NCBI GenBank assembly: GCA_946965045.2
Contig: OX337228.1
Location: 2,666,001 to 2,730,000 of the forward strand
Reading direction: 5' to 3'
DNA length: 64,000 bases
Source of the DNA: Epithemia pelagica
Taxonomy: Eukaryota; Protista; Bacillariophyta
The first letter of the stretch is position 1. Each line of letters begins with the position of its first letter. The translations under genes were made by a program, and so were the position numbers. Below, piece after piece: positions 11,260 through 23,755 of the stretch. The notes beneath the pieces were generated by a model. The model was not told where the DNA came from, ran no database searches, and saw only the letters and a list, made by a program, of their open reading frames with translations.

Positions 11260-11709
11260 TCATACGCTCATGAGTTGTCCTGACTTGTGTCCGTAGCTGT
11301 GCGGTGGAGTTGAGGAATGTTCTTGTAGCAGCAAGTCACCTTCATCCTGCTCGTCGTCATTCATGTTTCGTCTTTGACGAGCATTGCTATTGTTGTTATT
11401 CCGAGCAATTAATTGGTCTGTCTCGTGATGACTGTTCATCACGTAGCTGCTTCGTCCAGGACTGTCCAACAAATCCTCTTGTTCGGTTCCTCCTCCATGG
11501 TGCTTGGAGTGCGACGGTAAATTGGATGGACCTTGTCCCGAAGACGATTGGAGTCGTTGCATACGTCTTTCTCGTTGACGTTCCATGGCTCTTTTGGCTC
11601 GATAATAGTTGCCAATGCACAACACCAAAATGAATCCAGTCAAGAAACCACCCAAGACGGCCGCCACAATGGTTTCCGTCAGAGATCGACCACGACTTGT
11701 ATACGTCAT
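11260..11709 (-). CDS. Small single-pass membrane protein, hypothetical (~149 aa)
   Basis: ATG at 11709. Hydrophobic helix IVAAVLGGFLTGFILVLCIG followed by a basic stop-transfer segment (YYRAKRAMERQRERR) and a disordered tail. Confidence 0.55.
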   Translation of the reverse strand: MTYTSRGRSLTETIVAAVLGGFLTGFILVLCIGNYYRAKRAMERQRERRMQRLQSSSGQGPSNLPSHSKHHGGGTEQEDLLDSPGRSSYVMNSHHETDQLIARNNNNSNARQRRNMNDDEQDEGDLLLQEHSSTPPHSYGHKSGQLMSV

Positions 11710-11998
11710 CCTGGTGTCTGAACGCCACACGTCAAAGTAGGACTTGAGCTGGGTCTCAGTTGACTTCCTTTATACCCTTATGCTCTCATTTACAGGAGGA
11801 GCACCGCAATGACCACCAGGAGAGCGACGAAGTTGGATTTGGATGGGGGCAACTCAAACAATGACAAAACGAGAAAGCTATCGTCTCCCGCGGGAAAGGA
11901 TGGGTAGATGAACTGACGGAAACGCGACTAAATGGAATGGACCTCATCAGAACCATTCAACCCATCCATTCCATCTTCTTTCGAATGGTAAGACGACC

Positions 11999-13441
11999 AT
12001 GCCACGGACAAAGACCTTGTCATCCACAAAGAAAAAGAGAGATGGGGGGAGAAGGAAATCTGGGAGGAACGACGCCCTCGAAGGTCGATCCCAACAGTAT
12101 ACTGCAAAACAACTCTATGAAGCGGCAGAACATGCCATGACGGCGGAAGACGCACATAAAGCCATCACGCTTTATGATGCTGCACTGAATGTACCAATGG
12201 ACAGAGCTGACATGGATGCGGCGATATTGCTGGAGAAACGTGCTGAAGCAAAGGTGTCAATCAGTGATCCGGATGGTGCCAGAAATGATTTTCAACGTGC
12301 ACTTGAACTGTTTCGCGAGCAACAACCTTCAACACAAAACACTGCGGAAAACTCATCCGATCCCATTGTGTTAGAACGGATGGCAGCTCTTCTCATGTAC
12401 ATGGGACAACTCAGCGGTGGAATGGAAGCTATTCAGTCTTACAGAGAAGGAATCGCATTGTTAGAAAGGAGTCTTTCCATTCGAGAACAGCAACAATCGC
12501 AACAGACATCTGGTACCGACTCTCTCTCCGTAACGCGGAAACAATTGGCAGCAGCATGCTGCAGTGCTGCAGAACTTTATCTGACTGATTTGTGCTACGA
12601 AGACAATGCAGAAGAGGAGTGCGAAACTTTAGTACAGCGCGCCCTAGGTATCAACGGCTCTCCGGATCAACCAAAATCTCTAGATGCTCTACAAACAGCT
12701 GCAAGTCTGCGTTTGTCTCAATGTCGCGGGATGGAGGCCGTCGTGTATATCCAACAGTGCTTTGCCCAAATTCAACCGTCGTGTGAAGCATTGTGCCGAT
12801 TGGTTGGCATTCGGAGTAGCAAAGAACAGAGACCACAACAGAAAGGTGTTGGCAACAATCCGCTACCACCACATGCCATGGAATTATCCGAACAGGAATT
12901 GGAACAACAAGAAACAATGCCTGGCTTTGAGTTTCGGTGTCAAACAGCAAAACTCTTGCTTGAATGCTCAGCCGTTGTTAAAGGTCAAGACAGTCCAAGC
13001 AGTCCATCCGACCACCCCGCGGAGACTTCGGTTGCTGCGTCCATATCAGCACGTGATTGTGCGGAAGCTGCAGTGACGGTTCTAGGGAGCTTGTTGGCAG
13101 AGAATGATACGGTCATTGAATTGTGGTACTTGATGGGAGACGCCTTCGCCTCCATGGGAGACGATGAGGCTGATATGGCACGTTATTACTATGAAAATAC
13201 AATGAGAATGTTGCAACACGTACAGCAAGAGTTGCAGCAACAACAGGAGGAACAGCCAAACATTGTGGCGGGCTCCGAGGACGACGATGAAGAGCAGGAA
13301 GAGATGCTCCTCACACAATTGGACGAAATCGAGTGCCAGCTAGAGGATGTGCAACAGAAACTAAGCCAACTCCCATCCTCATCTTCCACACCAAAGGTAG
13401 CCACCGCACGTGACATTGAACCCATGGAAGAAGATTCCTAA
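11999..13441 (+). CDS. ACL4: TPR protein, assembly chaperone of RPL4 (Acl4)-like
   Basis: 480-aa ORF with TPR helices and the motifs AAELYLTDLCYEDNAEEECE and DALQTAASLRLSQ, typical of the Acl4 family. Acidic C-terminus. Confidence 0.7.
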   Translation: MPRTKTLSSTKKKRDGGRRKSGRNDALEGRSQQYTAKQLYEAAEHAMTAEDAHKAITLYDAALNVPMDRADMDAAILLEKRAEAKVSISDPDGARNDFQRALELFREQQPSTQNTAENSSDPIVLERMAALLMYMGQLSGGMEAIQSYREGIALLERSLSIREQQQSQQTSGTDSLSVTRKQLAAACCSAAELYLTDLCYEDNAEEECETLVQRALGINGSPDQPKSLDALQTAASLRLSQCRGMEAVVYIQQCFAQIQPSCEALCRLVGIRSSKEQRPQQKGVGNNPLPPHAMELSEQELEQQETMPGFEFRCQTAKLLLECSAVVKGQDSPSSPSDHPAETSVAASISARDCAEAAVTVLGSLLAENDTVIELWYLMGDAFASMGDDEADMARYYYENTMRMLQHVQQELQQQQEEQPNIVAGSEDDDEEQEEMLLTQLDEIECQLEDVQQKLSQLPSSSSTPKVATARDIEPMEEDS

Positions 13442-13534
13442 GTGTAACCAGAAATGCAGCACTTGTGAAGTAAGTTTTGACCTTCCTACTTCGATCTAAG
13501 CCATTAGAGACGACTTGAAGTCTCTCTCCACTAG

Positions 13535-16500
13535 TTAAAAGTAGGCATCGATGGAACGCACTTTGGTCATGCGGCGGACGGCAGCGGCAGTTTCGGCATC
13601 AAGGCTGGGTCCGTCAATGTACAAAGTGGTGTCGATCATGGTCACCTTGTATTTCTTCGGCGGGATACCATACAAGTTTCGGCCGCTAGGGTTATGGTAA
13701 TTCACATCAATAGAAGCAAAGAGCTTGAAAGAGACAACATAGTTGCCCTCCTCGTCCATAGTGGGATCCACAATACCTTCAGAATCATAGAAAAGCCAGC
13801 TTGGCAAAGCAGGCATCAACGTCATTTGAAGCTTTCCGTTGTCATCCAAAGTGAAAAGTTCAGGACCGATGAACATAAGTTTCCACATGTCCATGAATTC
13901 AGCTGTCGATCCACTCAAGCGAGGTAAGAATCCTTCTCCGACAATGGCCGGGTCAGGGAAGGCCGAAGAGGCAATAAAAGAAGAGCACTCCATCAAAGAA
14001 CGTCCATAGATATCCGGGTCCATGAAAGGCAAGATACCACCATCATCTTTCATTTCCGAGAAGAATTGGTCGTACAATTTACCTCGGATTAACTGCAAAT
14101 AGTACTTGTATGACATATGCATCCAAATACTCTGGTTTTCCAACCAACCAGGAGCGAAAGCGATTTGTCGACCCATATCAAAAGTTTGTCCCTCCAAACT
14201 GTCGGACAAGAAGTACATGTTCAAGACTTTGTCTCGGAGACCTGATTCCTTGACCCGATTGTATACGTCCAACATCTTCTCCTTGTCGTCCTGGATTATC
14301 TTCATGTACCGGACAGGGCCCTCGAGGAATAACGGGAACTTTTTAACCTTCATGGACAAGGCATTCACACAAGGCAAACCTACGGGGTTCTTGTTTTTGT
14401 TCTTTTCCCATTTGGTGATTTCGAAGGCGAAAAAAGTTGCGGGAATTCCAGATGTTCCGTCATCGTTGTGACCAAAGGTGGCGATCTTGAAACTTCGTTC
14501 AATACCTAGTTCGATTTGCTCCAACCATCGATCAACCATGGTCACAACTTCATCGGCCTCCAGAGTTGTGGTGTTACCCGAGAAATAGTATTCAACGTCG
14601 TTGCGGTAGTTCTCTCTTGCCGCCGCTACAACGTCCCAATATTCAAACATTGGCTTGGGCACATCATTTTCAAAGTCCTCAACCGACGGCTCTGCCAAGT
14701 TAGCATCCAACAACGTATCCAAGGCTTCGTTGACGGTTGTCAGCATCTTGTTCAGTTCCGCAGGGATCACCACAGGCCGTTTGTAAGTACTAACAACCTT
14801 CTTGACGTACTTAAGGAGAAGAAGGAGTTCATACGTTTCAGGCATACCCGAACCAACCATTCCTGGGAGACCGTTCATACTGTCCAGCCATCCTGGACGA
14901 CCACCCTCGTATTCAATTCCACAGCCCCAGGCATCGCGCATGGCAAACTTGATACTTCCAAGTAGGAACAATTTCGCAATTGCCGAAGACATGAAAGGCT
15001 TTCCTTCAAGAGTCCGTTGCCAACTTGCCTCAATGCTATCCAATAGCCCGGTATTTTGGTCACGGAAGGCTTCTTGCTCGTCTGCCTTCTGTTCATCGTA
15101 GTAAGTGGCATCCAACTGTTGTACGTGGTGGCCTTTTCCATCATACGTCAAGGTCAACACATACTTCTTACTGCGCGGCTTGACAGTCGCAGTAGAGAAG
15201 AAGTATCGCAAGGGTTTGTCATACATAAGGGCCTCTTCTCCATCTGGGAAAACGGCCAAGTAAGCTTCAATAAGATCAATGTAATAGTCCCTGGAAAATT
15301 ATGGTCAATCGAAATGGTGAGATGGAGGACAAATCCAACAAGCGAAAACGGTGGAACAATGGTTTCACGTACCAGTGATCCGCCCAATACCCTTGTCCAT
15401 ACACAGCCATGGCACGATCTTCAGCATTGGCAACAATGGTGTTAATAAAGACTTCTTTGGTGACACTTCTTTGAATCTCTAATTCTTCGCACAATTCAAA
15501 CAACTGTCCAGGTCGGAAAGGTCCTCCATTCAACACATTCTGCAACACTTCGGCACTCTTGGCGTCATTGGTAACTGCCTTGACGACCTTTTCGGTTTTG
15601 GCAGGATCCGCGAATCGAAAGACGACAGCTTCGACAGTAAGGGGCTCGTAGGCATCAGCTTGGATATAAGACAAAAACATTTGAATATCGAACGAACCCA
15701 TGCGAGGATAGAACGTAACGTCGTTACGACGATTCTGCGCAATATCACGATAATTACCAGGACCCTGAGAATAGTACGTAGGATCGATCTTGAAAACATT
15801 GTAATCACGTTCCAAGTCACCGTGAATACGAGAGAAGGAATGATACACCTTGACTTCAGGATCTTCGTCGTAGGTAGTATCATCGTTCACATTGCCCATA
15901 ATCGTCGGATATCCTCCACGCAAACCATTGTCCAAAAACATTTGCTTCACGGTTCCATCGAACAAGGGGTTCACGGTAGTAGTGTCCACACCTAGCGTCA
16001 ATTCATTTGCCAAGGAGCGAGCCCGTTCGAATTTCGTAGCAATGTATCCGGGCGTCGTCAAATGCGATGCCAATCGGGAAACTTCAGAAATGTGCTTCGC
16101 ACGTCCATACACGGTTGCAATCGTGATATTTTCACCTGGTTTCAAAGTTACACCGGTTAAAGCAGAGAAAGCGCTGGATGTCTTGGCCCATCCAAACTGA
16201 TCATTGGACAAGATTTCTTCGACACTGCTAGCCATCAATCCACGAGGCATGTTGAACGAAGTGTCCTTTCCAAACACCTTGGAGGTATCGTAAACGATAG
16301 GAAGCAAGGGAGCTTGTTCCACAAGATCTTCAACGAAACTGAGGCAGTAGTGTCCAGCTTCTTCAATCTTGATTTGGGCCGAATCAGAGGTCTCGGTAGA
16401 GAGCTTGAAGAATGGCTTGGTCAAATCACCCTTTTCTTCAAAGTAAACTCCCATCCATCCTTCCAAGGTACGTCCCATACTCTTGAGGCCCCAATCCAAA

Positions 16501-17417
16501 GCTCCACCATAAGGTTCCATACGAGCCAAACCATCCAAGGCTTCAAAGGTCAAATCGGTATCACCCAAGTTGGAAAAAGTGGTGCGTCGCACCAAACTGG
16601 CAAAATCTTCTTCGGGCAAGACAAAGTACTGAACATTGGTTCCAAATTGGTTGGTTCCATCAATTTCTTGGATTTCCAGTTCATTGGTTCCCACGTACAA
16701 GATGCGCTTGGGCTTGGAATCATTGATCCCTGGCGTATCGTCTGCCATGTTGCGAGAGGTGGCAGAGCCAAAGGGTTCAATCTCGAACGAGGTTGCACCC
16801 ATGCCAGCCGCTGCACCTCCGCGAGTACCACGAACAAAGGTACGAAAGCCCAGAAAGGGAGTCACTTGGTAGGCCTTGTTCGCCGGATTGAACTCCAAAA
16901 TGGGGTAGTCCTTGGAATCCTCACCAAAGGTGGCAATGGCCTGGCCTCGATTGACGTAAAAGGCCCACACAGGCTTTCCAAAATACCCAGCAACACCAGG
17001 CAAGAAGGAAGAGAACGTAGACTTGGCATCAAAGTCTTCCAAGACATAGCGCTCTGAACAAGGAAAGGGTGTAAAAAGACCAAATGTTAGCTGCATTCAT
17101 ACTCTTTCTGACAGCAAGCATCTCTGCTCTTTGCGAATAGATTATGAAAAAGCAAATGAAAGTTTACACGTACTCAAGTTGTCAAAGAGAGCCAATGATC
17201 CATCCTCACGAACTTTCACAGGAGACGAATCTTTCATGTGTTTGTAAATGACTTCTTCATTGTCCGGAGGACCGATCAAGGAAATGGCGACACCCACTGC
17301 AAGCAGAAACACAGCTGCAACGGACCACTTGAGACAGGACTTGTGACGATTGGTCACATCGTCAATTGTCTGGTACTGGGCACCCGCACCAGCGCCAGAC
17401 CCTTTTTGATACGACAT
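13535..17417 (-). CDS. GH161-family beta-1,3-glucan phosphorylase with N-terminal membrane anchor (3 exons: 17417-17174, 17053-15373, 15290-13535; 1226 aa)
   Basis: Two GT-AG introns join three track ORFs in frame (244+1681+1756 nt). Motifs TFSSFLPGVAG..WAFYVNRGQ, FSRIHGDLERDYN, SQGPGNYRD..QNRRND, GYWADHW, GGRPGWLDSMNGLPG, GWLENQSIWMHMSYKYYL and LSGSTAEF resemble GH161 (GH94-related) phosphorylases as recalled. Confidence 0.8.
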
Positions 17418-17993
17418 GGTTTTTCTCACTTGTCGAAGCCAAGGTTTCCAAAAACTCCCTGTATCTTTCTTCGTTCGAAGCTTTCCTCTTTCCGCCTAAA
17501 GATAGGATCAAATACCTGAGGAGATGTCCAATCTATCGACAAAAAGCTGTGGCCAGAGAGCTGGGAAAGGGAATGGAAGATCTTTTTGTGTGGGATGGAT
17601 GGAGGCGAAGGTTTGCACTTGCCAGCAACGAGATTCTCAAAGATCCTTGCAGATCCTTTGTTCTCTGTGCAGATTCCCTGTTCCGCGTTCCCCCAATGAG
17701 CACGGTCGACGGAAAGACGAGAAGACAGATGTCGCAAGCTGTCGTTCATATGTCGCATACAATGTCCGTCGAATTTCTGGGAAGCGAACACCTCCACATC
17801 CACAGCTTATTGTAGCACGCATGACGCGCTTTTCCACTGATGGTTGTCGTTCTGGCGCGATCGGTTTGAACACGTTTCAAAGCATGGCGCGGGAACGCCA
17901 GCCCGTCCACATGGAGGTTATTGTGCGTGTGTTTTGTGGGGTCAACAGCGCAACAACAACATCCGCGGTTTGGGTTTTTTGTCGTGCGGCACC

Positions 17994-18709
17994 ATGGTAA
18001 GACATTCCGTTGCGTGTGTAGGGGCGACTTTTGGGATCTCGACCTAGAGACCATGATTATTGAATCTACCGACGTCCAAATAGTCAAGCTTCGCAACTGA
18101 ATACGTTCATTGAAATCATGATTCCTACAATGCTCCGTTGAATGGGTTTTGCATCTCCTCTTCACGACACAATTGCTGTTGGAGTTGTTTTGTCCTTCCT
18201 GCGTTTCCACAAGCAAACATTTAGGATGAATATTCTTACGGTATTTCTTCAATTTTTGTGTCTCTCTTAACCAGTCTGGAAAAGGTGGCAAAGGCGGTAA
18301 AGGAGGCAAGGGTGGCAAAGCCCCCACTTCTAAGAAAGCACCCACAAGTCGATCTTCCAAAGCTGGTTTGCAATTTCCAGTCGGTCGTGTACATCGTTTT
18401 CTCAAGAACAGTGTACACCAAGGTCATCGTGTAGGTGCAACTGCTGCGGTCTACACTTCGGCTATTCTGGAGTACTTGACAGCAGAGGTACTCGAGTTGG
18501 CCGGCAATGCCTGTAAAGATTTGAAAGTCAAGCGTATTACACCCCGGCATTTGCAATTGGCCATTCGCGGAGATGAAGAATTGGATGCTTTGATCAAGGC
18601 CACCATTGCAGGTGGAGGTGTGATTCCCCATATCCACAAGTCGCTTATTAACAAGTCATCCGGGAAAAGCGCGGGGGGTGGAAAAGGAGGTGGTAAAGCC
18701 AAGTTCTAA
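17994..18709 (+). CDS. H2AZ: Histone variant H2A.Z (exon 1 = ATG only 17994-17996; exon 2 18275-18709; 145 aa)
   Basis: [69 protein letters not shown] and [18 protein letters not shown] are H2A.Z-specific. ACCATG|GTAAGA donor and TTAACCAG|TCT acceptor. Confidence 0.95.
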
Positions 18710-19195
18710 CAGGTGTGCTCCACACACCATTTGCCCAGTGGCTTTGCAAGACGCTTATTACCGCACCCATTCCATTTGTGTTTCTCGTCGTTGTCTTTCA
18801 TATGCCAGTTGGTTTTTGTTAGGACTTTTTCTGTGTCGTGACGGCGGCTGACCCTGTCTATTCGTACTACTTGAGAGAAAGGGAAAATACGGCGCTTGGG
18901 GGCGTCTGTTGGGAACATGTTGATTGAGGGCAGCGCCTGGAATATTAATACCACACCAATAGCTTACAAATAAAGTATAGTTGACTTTCTCGGGTACGTG
19001 CACGTTGGAATCGTCATAACTTGGTAGTTAACGCAGATACAAACTCTTGGTCCCATGGACTCAGAAAGTGGATCATACCAACTCTTCAATAGAGAAGAAT
19101 ACTCCGACTTGATCATAACTCAGAAGAAAACAAGAAATGCGTGTAATTCCCGAAGGGCAGGTTTCCATAGTCTTTTAGTCATTATGCTTGTCCAT

Positions 19196-20735
19196 CTACT
19201 TTGTGGGTGTAAGAATTCGAAGTTCCTCCTGGGCGGAGGCAATCTTCTGTTCAATGGTGATGATCTTTGATTCTGGAGCATCGCGAACGATCAAATCCCC
19301 CTTTTGCTCCACAAGATTGGCAATCTTCACCTTGAGCGCTTCAACCTTCTTTTTCTTTTCCTGCGCGGCCTTTTTGGCGGCCTCCTCGGCCTTCGCCTTG
19401 GCTTCTGTCTCAGATGCCACCTGTCTCTTGCGCTCGGCATCTGCCCTACGTTTAGCTTTCTCCTTGTCCTCACGGTCCTTTTTGGCCTTTTCTTCCGATT
19501 TCTTCTTCGCAATGGCTTCCTTTCTCTTGGCAACGGCTGCCGCCTTTTTCGCAGCCTGCTGACGTTCCTTGTTCTGCTTTATTCGGAGCTCTTTTTCCTT
19601 CTCAGCTTCTTTTCGAAGTTTCTCCTGTCTCCTCTTCTCCTTGGCTTTGTCAGAAGCAGCTTTTTTCTTGGCCGCTTCCGCTTCTTTTCGAATCTGTTCT
19701 TTGCGTTCCCGTGTTTGGATTTCTTTCAGCGTCTTTTCCCGTTCCAAGTACTCTTTGTAGCCCTTTTCGTACTTGGTAATGTCTTTCTTGTACTGTTCTT
19801 TGAGCTTTTGAGTTGATTTGATAGAAAGATTAAGAGAATCAACTTTAGCCCGATTGAGTCCCTCAGTCTTTTTGGCTTCCCGCAATAGTTCTTGAGCATC
19901 CGACAGCTGTTCTTTGGCCTTGGCTTGATAATATCAACAAAGAAAAAACCACAAGAACATAAGGATTAGAGGGTGCAACGTTTTGAGAAAGCAATCGACA
20001 GAACTTCCAACATGAATTGACCGAAAACCACCACAACTCTTCATTTTACATACCGACTTTGTCCTTTTGTGGCACAATAACTTCTCGATCTCCCGTCTTT
20101 TTGAGTGACGACAATTTGGCCACTTCGGAATCCACCGTCTTGATTAGCTTTTCAGCCGTTTGCTCGGCCTTGACTGACTTTTGCGAGCTCGTTCCCAATT
20201 CAGTTTTGGCCTTTTCGACCTCTTGCGTCAATTGAGTCAGCTTTTTAGTTGCCGTCTGTAAAGATTCACGAGCATCGTCCAACCTTCGTTTTTCTGCCGG
20301 AAGAACAGGCGCTGGAGCCGGTGCTGGGGCAGGTTTCGACTTGGCCGGAGCGGCAGGAGTTGCAGCTGTGACCGTCGTGGGAGCAGGAGCAGGCGCTGCA
20401 AACGCCGACTCGGGAGTTGACGACAAGGTCAAAAGTGGGGGCGCCATCCAGAGTAAACCAACCAAGGCAGAGGCGGCGATTTGTCGCTGTACTTGGACCA
20501 TGGGATTGGGGGAGCCGACTTCTTTGGGACATTTTTCATCGTCCTCTTGCCAAGCACCACGCTTGTTCTCGTCGTCAGGCGAAAGAGAACCCCAAGCAAT
20601 GGTTGTTGGATGAGAAAGACCAAAGACTTTACGGCCACTTTTCACATCATGAAGACGTGAATTGGACACGTAACTCTGAATTGCATCCGGGAGAAGAGAC
20701 GCGAGAATGACCACTGCAACGCCACCAGTCCTCAT
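19196..20735 (-). CDS. Lys/Glu/Ala-rich coiled-coil protein, probably plastid/thylakoid-lumen targeted (2 exons: 20735-20054, 19923-19196; 469 aa)
   Basis: Intron 20053-19924 (GTATGT...AAG) joins two 229-aa track ORFs in frame. N-terminal signal peptide, then a second hydrophobic segment ending AFA, a Pro/Ala linker and a long charged helix. Confidence 0.7.
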
Positions 20736-21068
20736 CGTCGTGAAGATTAAAGATACTTCGAGGGCAAACAGAACGATCTGAATCTAAAGGATATATGAAA
20801 CTGAAACAAACACAACTCCGTCTGTCAAGAGGTCATCCATTAGATTCATTCATACGTCCGACTAATCAGACATCCGAAAAGGATATTGCGAGCAAATCAA
20901 AATTCAACATGAAATCTGTATGGAACAAGATCGAATGTTCGACGGTGGTGAGAAGCTATCACTTTAGTAGAGCAGCTAGCTAGAGAGGAAATCCCGAAAT
21001 CCCACACCGACCAACGAGGGTCCATTTTCACAACCTGACAAGAGAACGAAGACTTCGTTGTTGCTACA

Positions 21069-23099
21069 ATGGACGCTACTGCTACCCTTGCGGATACTTT
21101 GCTGGATGATTTGGCCGATTTATCCGACGGAGAAGAGGAGAATGATCAGATCCGTGATACCACTCATGCTGAATCGCATTACGACAACCACAATAAGGAA
21201 CATACTGTTTTAGTCGGGTCAATGAAGATGGACAGTAATCAACAAGATGATGAGAAACAAAATCACATCACAGTCAAGGGCTCCGAACGCAAAACAGATG
21301 AATTTCAGCTTGAAAATAAGTATCTTGAAGACAGATCTCTTCACCGACACATGAGTGTGGTTCGAAAGCTTCAAGACAAACAACAGAGAGATTCCACAAA
21401 ACCAACAACAAGCAATGAAGAAGAAGAGGACGACTACGATTTAATCGTGGAATCTAATCGCTTCCGGACTAAACTCTCCGATGAATTACATCGTGCTCAT
21501 GGCGCTCTTTGTCAAGTCTATGGGAAGAAATTCCCTGAACTAGAAGAACTACTGTCGTCAGCACCCATACCTTACAAAACAGCCGTCCAGGTGATTCAAA
21601 ATGAAATGGATCTTACCCTCGTCAATGACAAGTTGAACCTCCATTTCAGTTCCAATCAGATCATTACCATGACGGTAGCGAGTAGTACGACCGAAGGTCG
21701 ACCTCTCGGACCAGACGAACTGTCATGGTGCCTCCAAGTGGCCTCCTACATGGACGAGATTGATGCGCAACAAACCGAATTAACTAACTTTGTGGAACAA
21801 CGCATTCGGGGACTCGCACCTTCCTTATGCGCTTTGATTGGACCACAAGTCACAGCTCAACTCGTAGGCTTGGCAGGTGGTTTGTCGGAGCTTGCGCTCA
21901 TTCCTGCCTGCAATCTACAAGTCTTGGGACAGATGAAGGCAACTGCGTCAAGTCGAGCTGGTTTCTCTTCTTCGGCCCCTCGTATGGCCTCTAATGGGCC
22001 CACTTCCACCAATGTGTCGTCTGTGCAACCAATGCCACAGTATGCTCACGAAGGCGTGTTGATCCAGAGCGATTTGTTTCGTACTACAACAATGTCGCCC
22101 CAACATCGGACGAAACTTCTCAAACAAGTCGCTTCTAAAGTCGCCTTATGTGCTCGATGCGATGCAGTCAACGTACAACAAGGACGACCACGTACGGCGG
22201 CACCAGGAGAAAAATATCGACAAGAGATTTTGACCAAACTTGATCAGTGGCAACATCCACAAGATGCGGCGGCCGTCAAAAAAGCACTGCCAAAGTAAGT
22301 ACTGAGAAGATATCGTTGTAATCAATGTTTGTGTGTTGCACTCTGCTGCCTTTATCGGCCGCAGAAAGTATTGCTTGCGTTTTAAATATGTCAAGAAACA
22401 AATGTTGTCTCAGCCATCCTATTCATTTATCATTATCAATTGAAGGACTGTTTTGATTGATTCGGTCTCTTCTTGGAAAATCTTCTGGGAGAGTGTCAGC
22501 GAACCAGCTGCTGTTCGAAGTCTTGTGCCATTATGGATGAGCTTGAAGCAATCGTTCATCGTCAGTTCATCGGTACCTCACACATCTTTTCTCTGCCCGT
22601 ATTTGCTTATTCAAAATTTAGACCGGATCTAACAGTGAAGAAACGACGTGGGGGGAAACGAATGCGCCGCTTGAAGGAACGCTTTGAAGAAACTGCTCTT
22701 ATGAAGCAAGCCAATACTCGTTCTTTCTCTTCCGCGGCAGGGGAATACGGAGACGACGCCATGGGTATCACCTTGGGATTGCTGGATACCGAAGGAGGTG
22801 GCATGGACGGGAGCGTGCGGAAAAATGCCACGGGAGAAAAGCGTCCAATGCGTATGGCCAATACCAAAGCAGCACGGAAACAGCGAGCTTTGGCTGCACG
22901 TGTAAGTCAGCAACACAATCAACAGCAGCAACAAGTCGGAGGCACGAGTGGTTTGGCTAGTACGGTTGCCTTCACGCCATTACAGGCTATGGAATTGGTA
23001 AATCCAGATGCTCAACGTGAGCGCGTTCGACAAGCCAATCAAAAGTGGTTTGCCGATACGGCGGGCTTTCAGTCGGCTCTACCTCCAAAGAATAAGTGA
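21069..23099 (+). CDS. PRP31: U4/U6 snRNP protein Prp31 (2 exons: 21069-22294, 22622-23099)
   Basis: TLADTLLDDLADL, YGKKFPELEEL, APSLCALIG..LVGLAGGLSELALIPACNLQVLG and KALPKPD...KKRRGGKRMRRLKERF. The intron joins in frame. Confidence 0.92.
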
Positions 23100-23195
23100 G
23101 TCTTGGGCCTTTGTAGCATCGGTTGCTCTGAGGAAGAGAATATGATTACCCAAAGCTTGTAGGAGTCGGAGTAATAGTCGTACCGTCGCCCTCTA

Positions 23196-23627
23196 CCGTA
23201 ATTTTCGGTGTTTTGTACCCCTCGCATTCCCGTACCCCCCACCCCCTCAGATGTACATGTCCCCATAACTTTTTATCTGTAGGCTCTCTCCTGGTGATAG
23301 GGTTACCCCCACATTCCTCACGTTCCGAGCTTTCTATCACACTGCCTGACATTGCATGGGAGTGAATCAAAGAGGAGAAACAAGAGATACAGCATGATGG
23401 GTATTATGCTTAGGGTTAAGGCTACTCGCTGAAGCACGGTCTTTCCCCTAACTGGAATAGTGCGACCAACTCTTCTCTACTACTCCGATGTTGAAGTTGA
23501 CCAAGACTATGAAATTAATTGTACCTTGCGTATGGAATCTTAAAAAAATAGTAAAAATTCTCTTGGTCCTGTACCCCCCTCACTGATCCATGCATATTCC
23601 GGGGGTACAGGAAACCGAAAATTACGG
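23196..23627. mobile_element. Tc1/mariner (pogo-like) MITE, 432 bp, TA target-site duplication
   Basis: TA|CCGTAATTTTCGGTGTTTTGTACCCC at the left. Right end reverse complement CCGTAATTTTCGGTTTCCTGTACCCC followed by TA. Internal GTACCCCC repeats. No transposase ORF. Confidence 0.8.
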
Positions 23628-23755
23628 TAGTAACCGTCGCTGAGCCAACGAGAACGAGGCTCGCTAGCATACCTAGAAAAGTCCCATTTCGACAAAACAC
23701 GAATGAAATTTATCCCATCCTCGAAAAAAAACACTTCTCCACCGCCCCGAGCACC

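Noticed and set aside
22295-22621. Intronic snoRNAs in the unusually long PRP31 (327 nt), H2A.Z (278 nt) and hnRNP F/H-like (319 nt) introns
   Set aside because: No convincing C/D box pair with a terminal stem, or H/ACA layout, seen by eye. Needs snoscan/Infernal.
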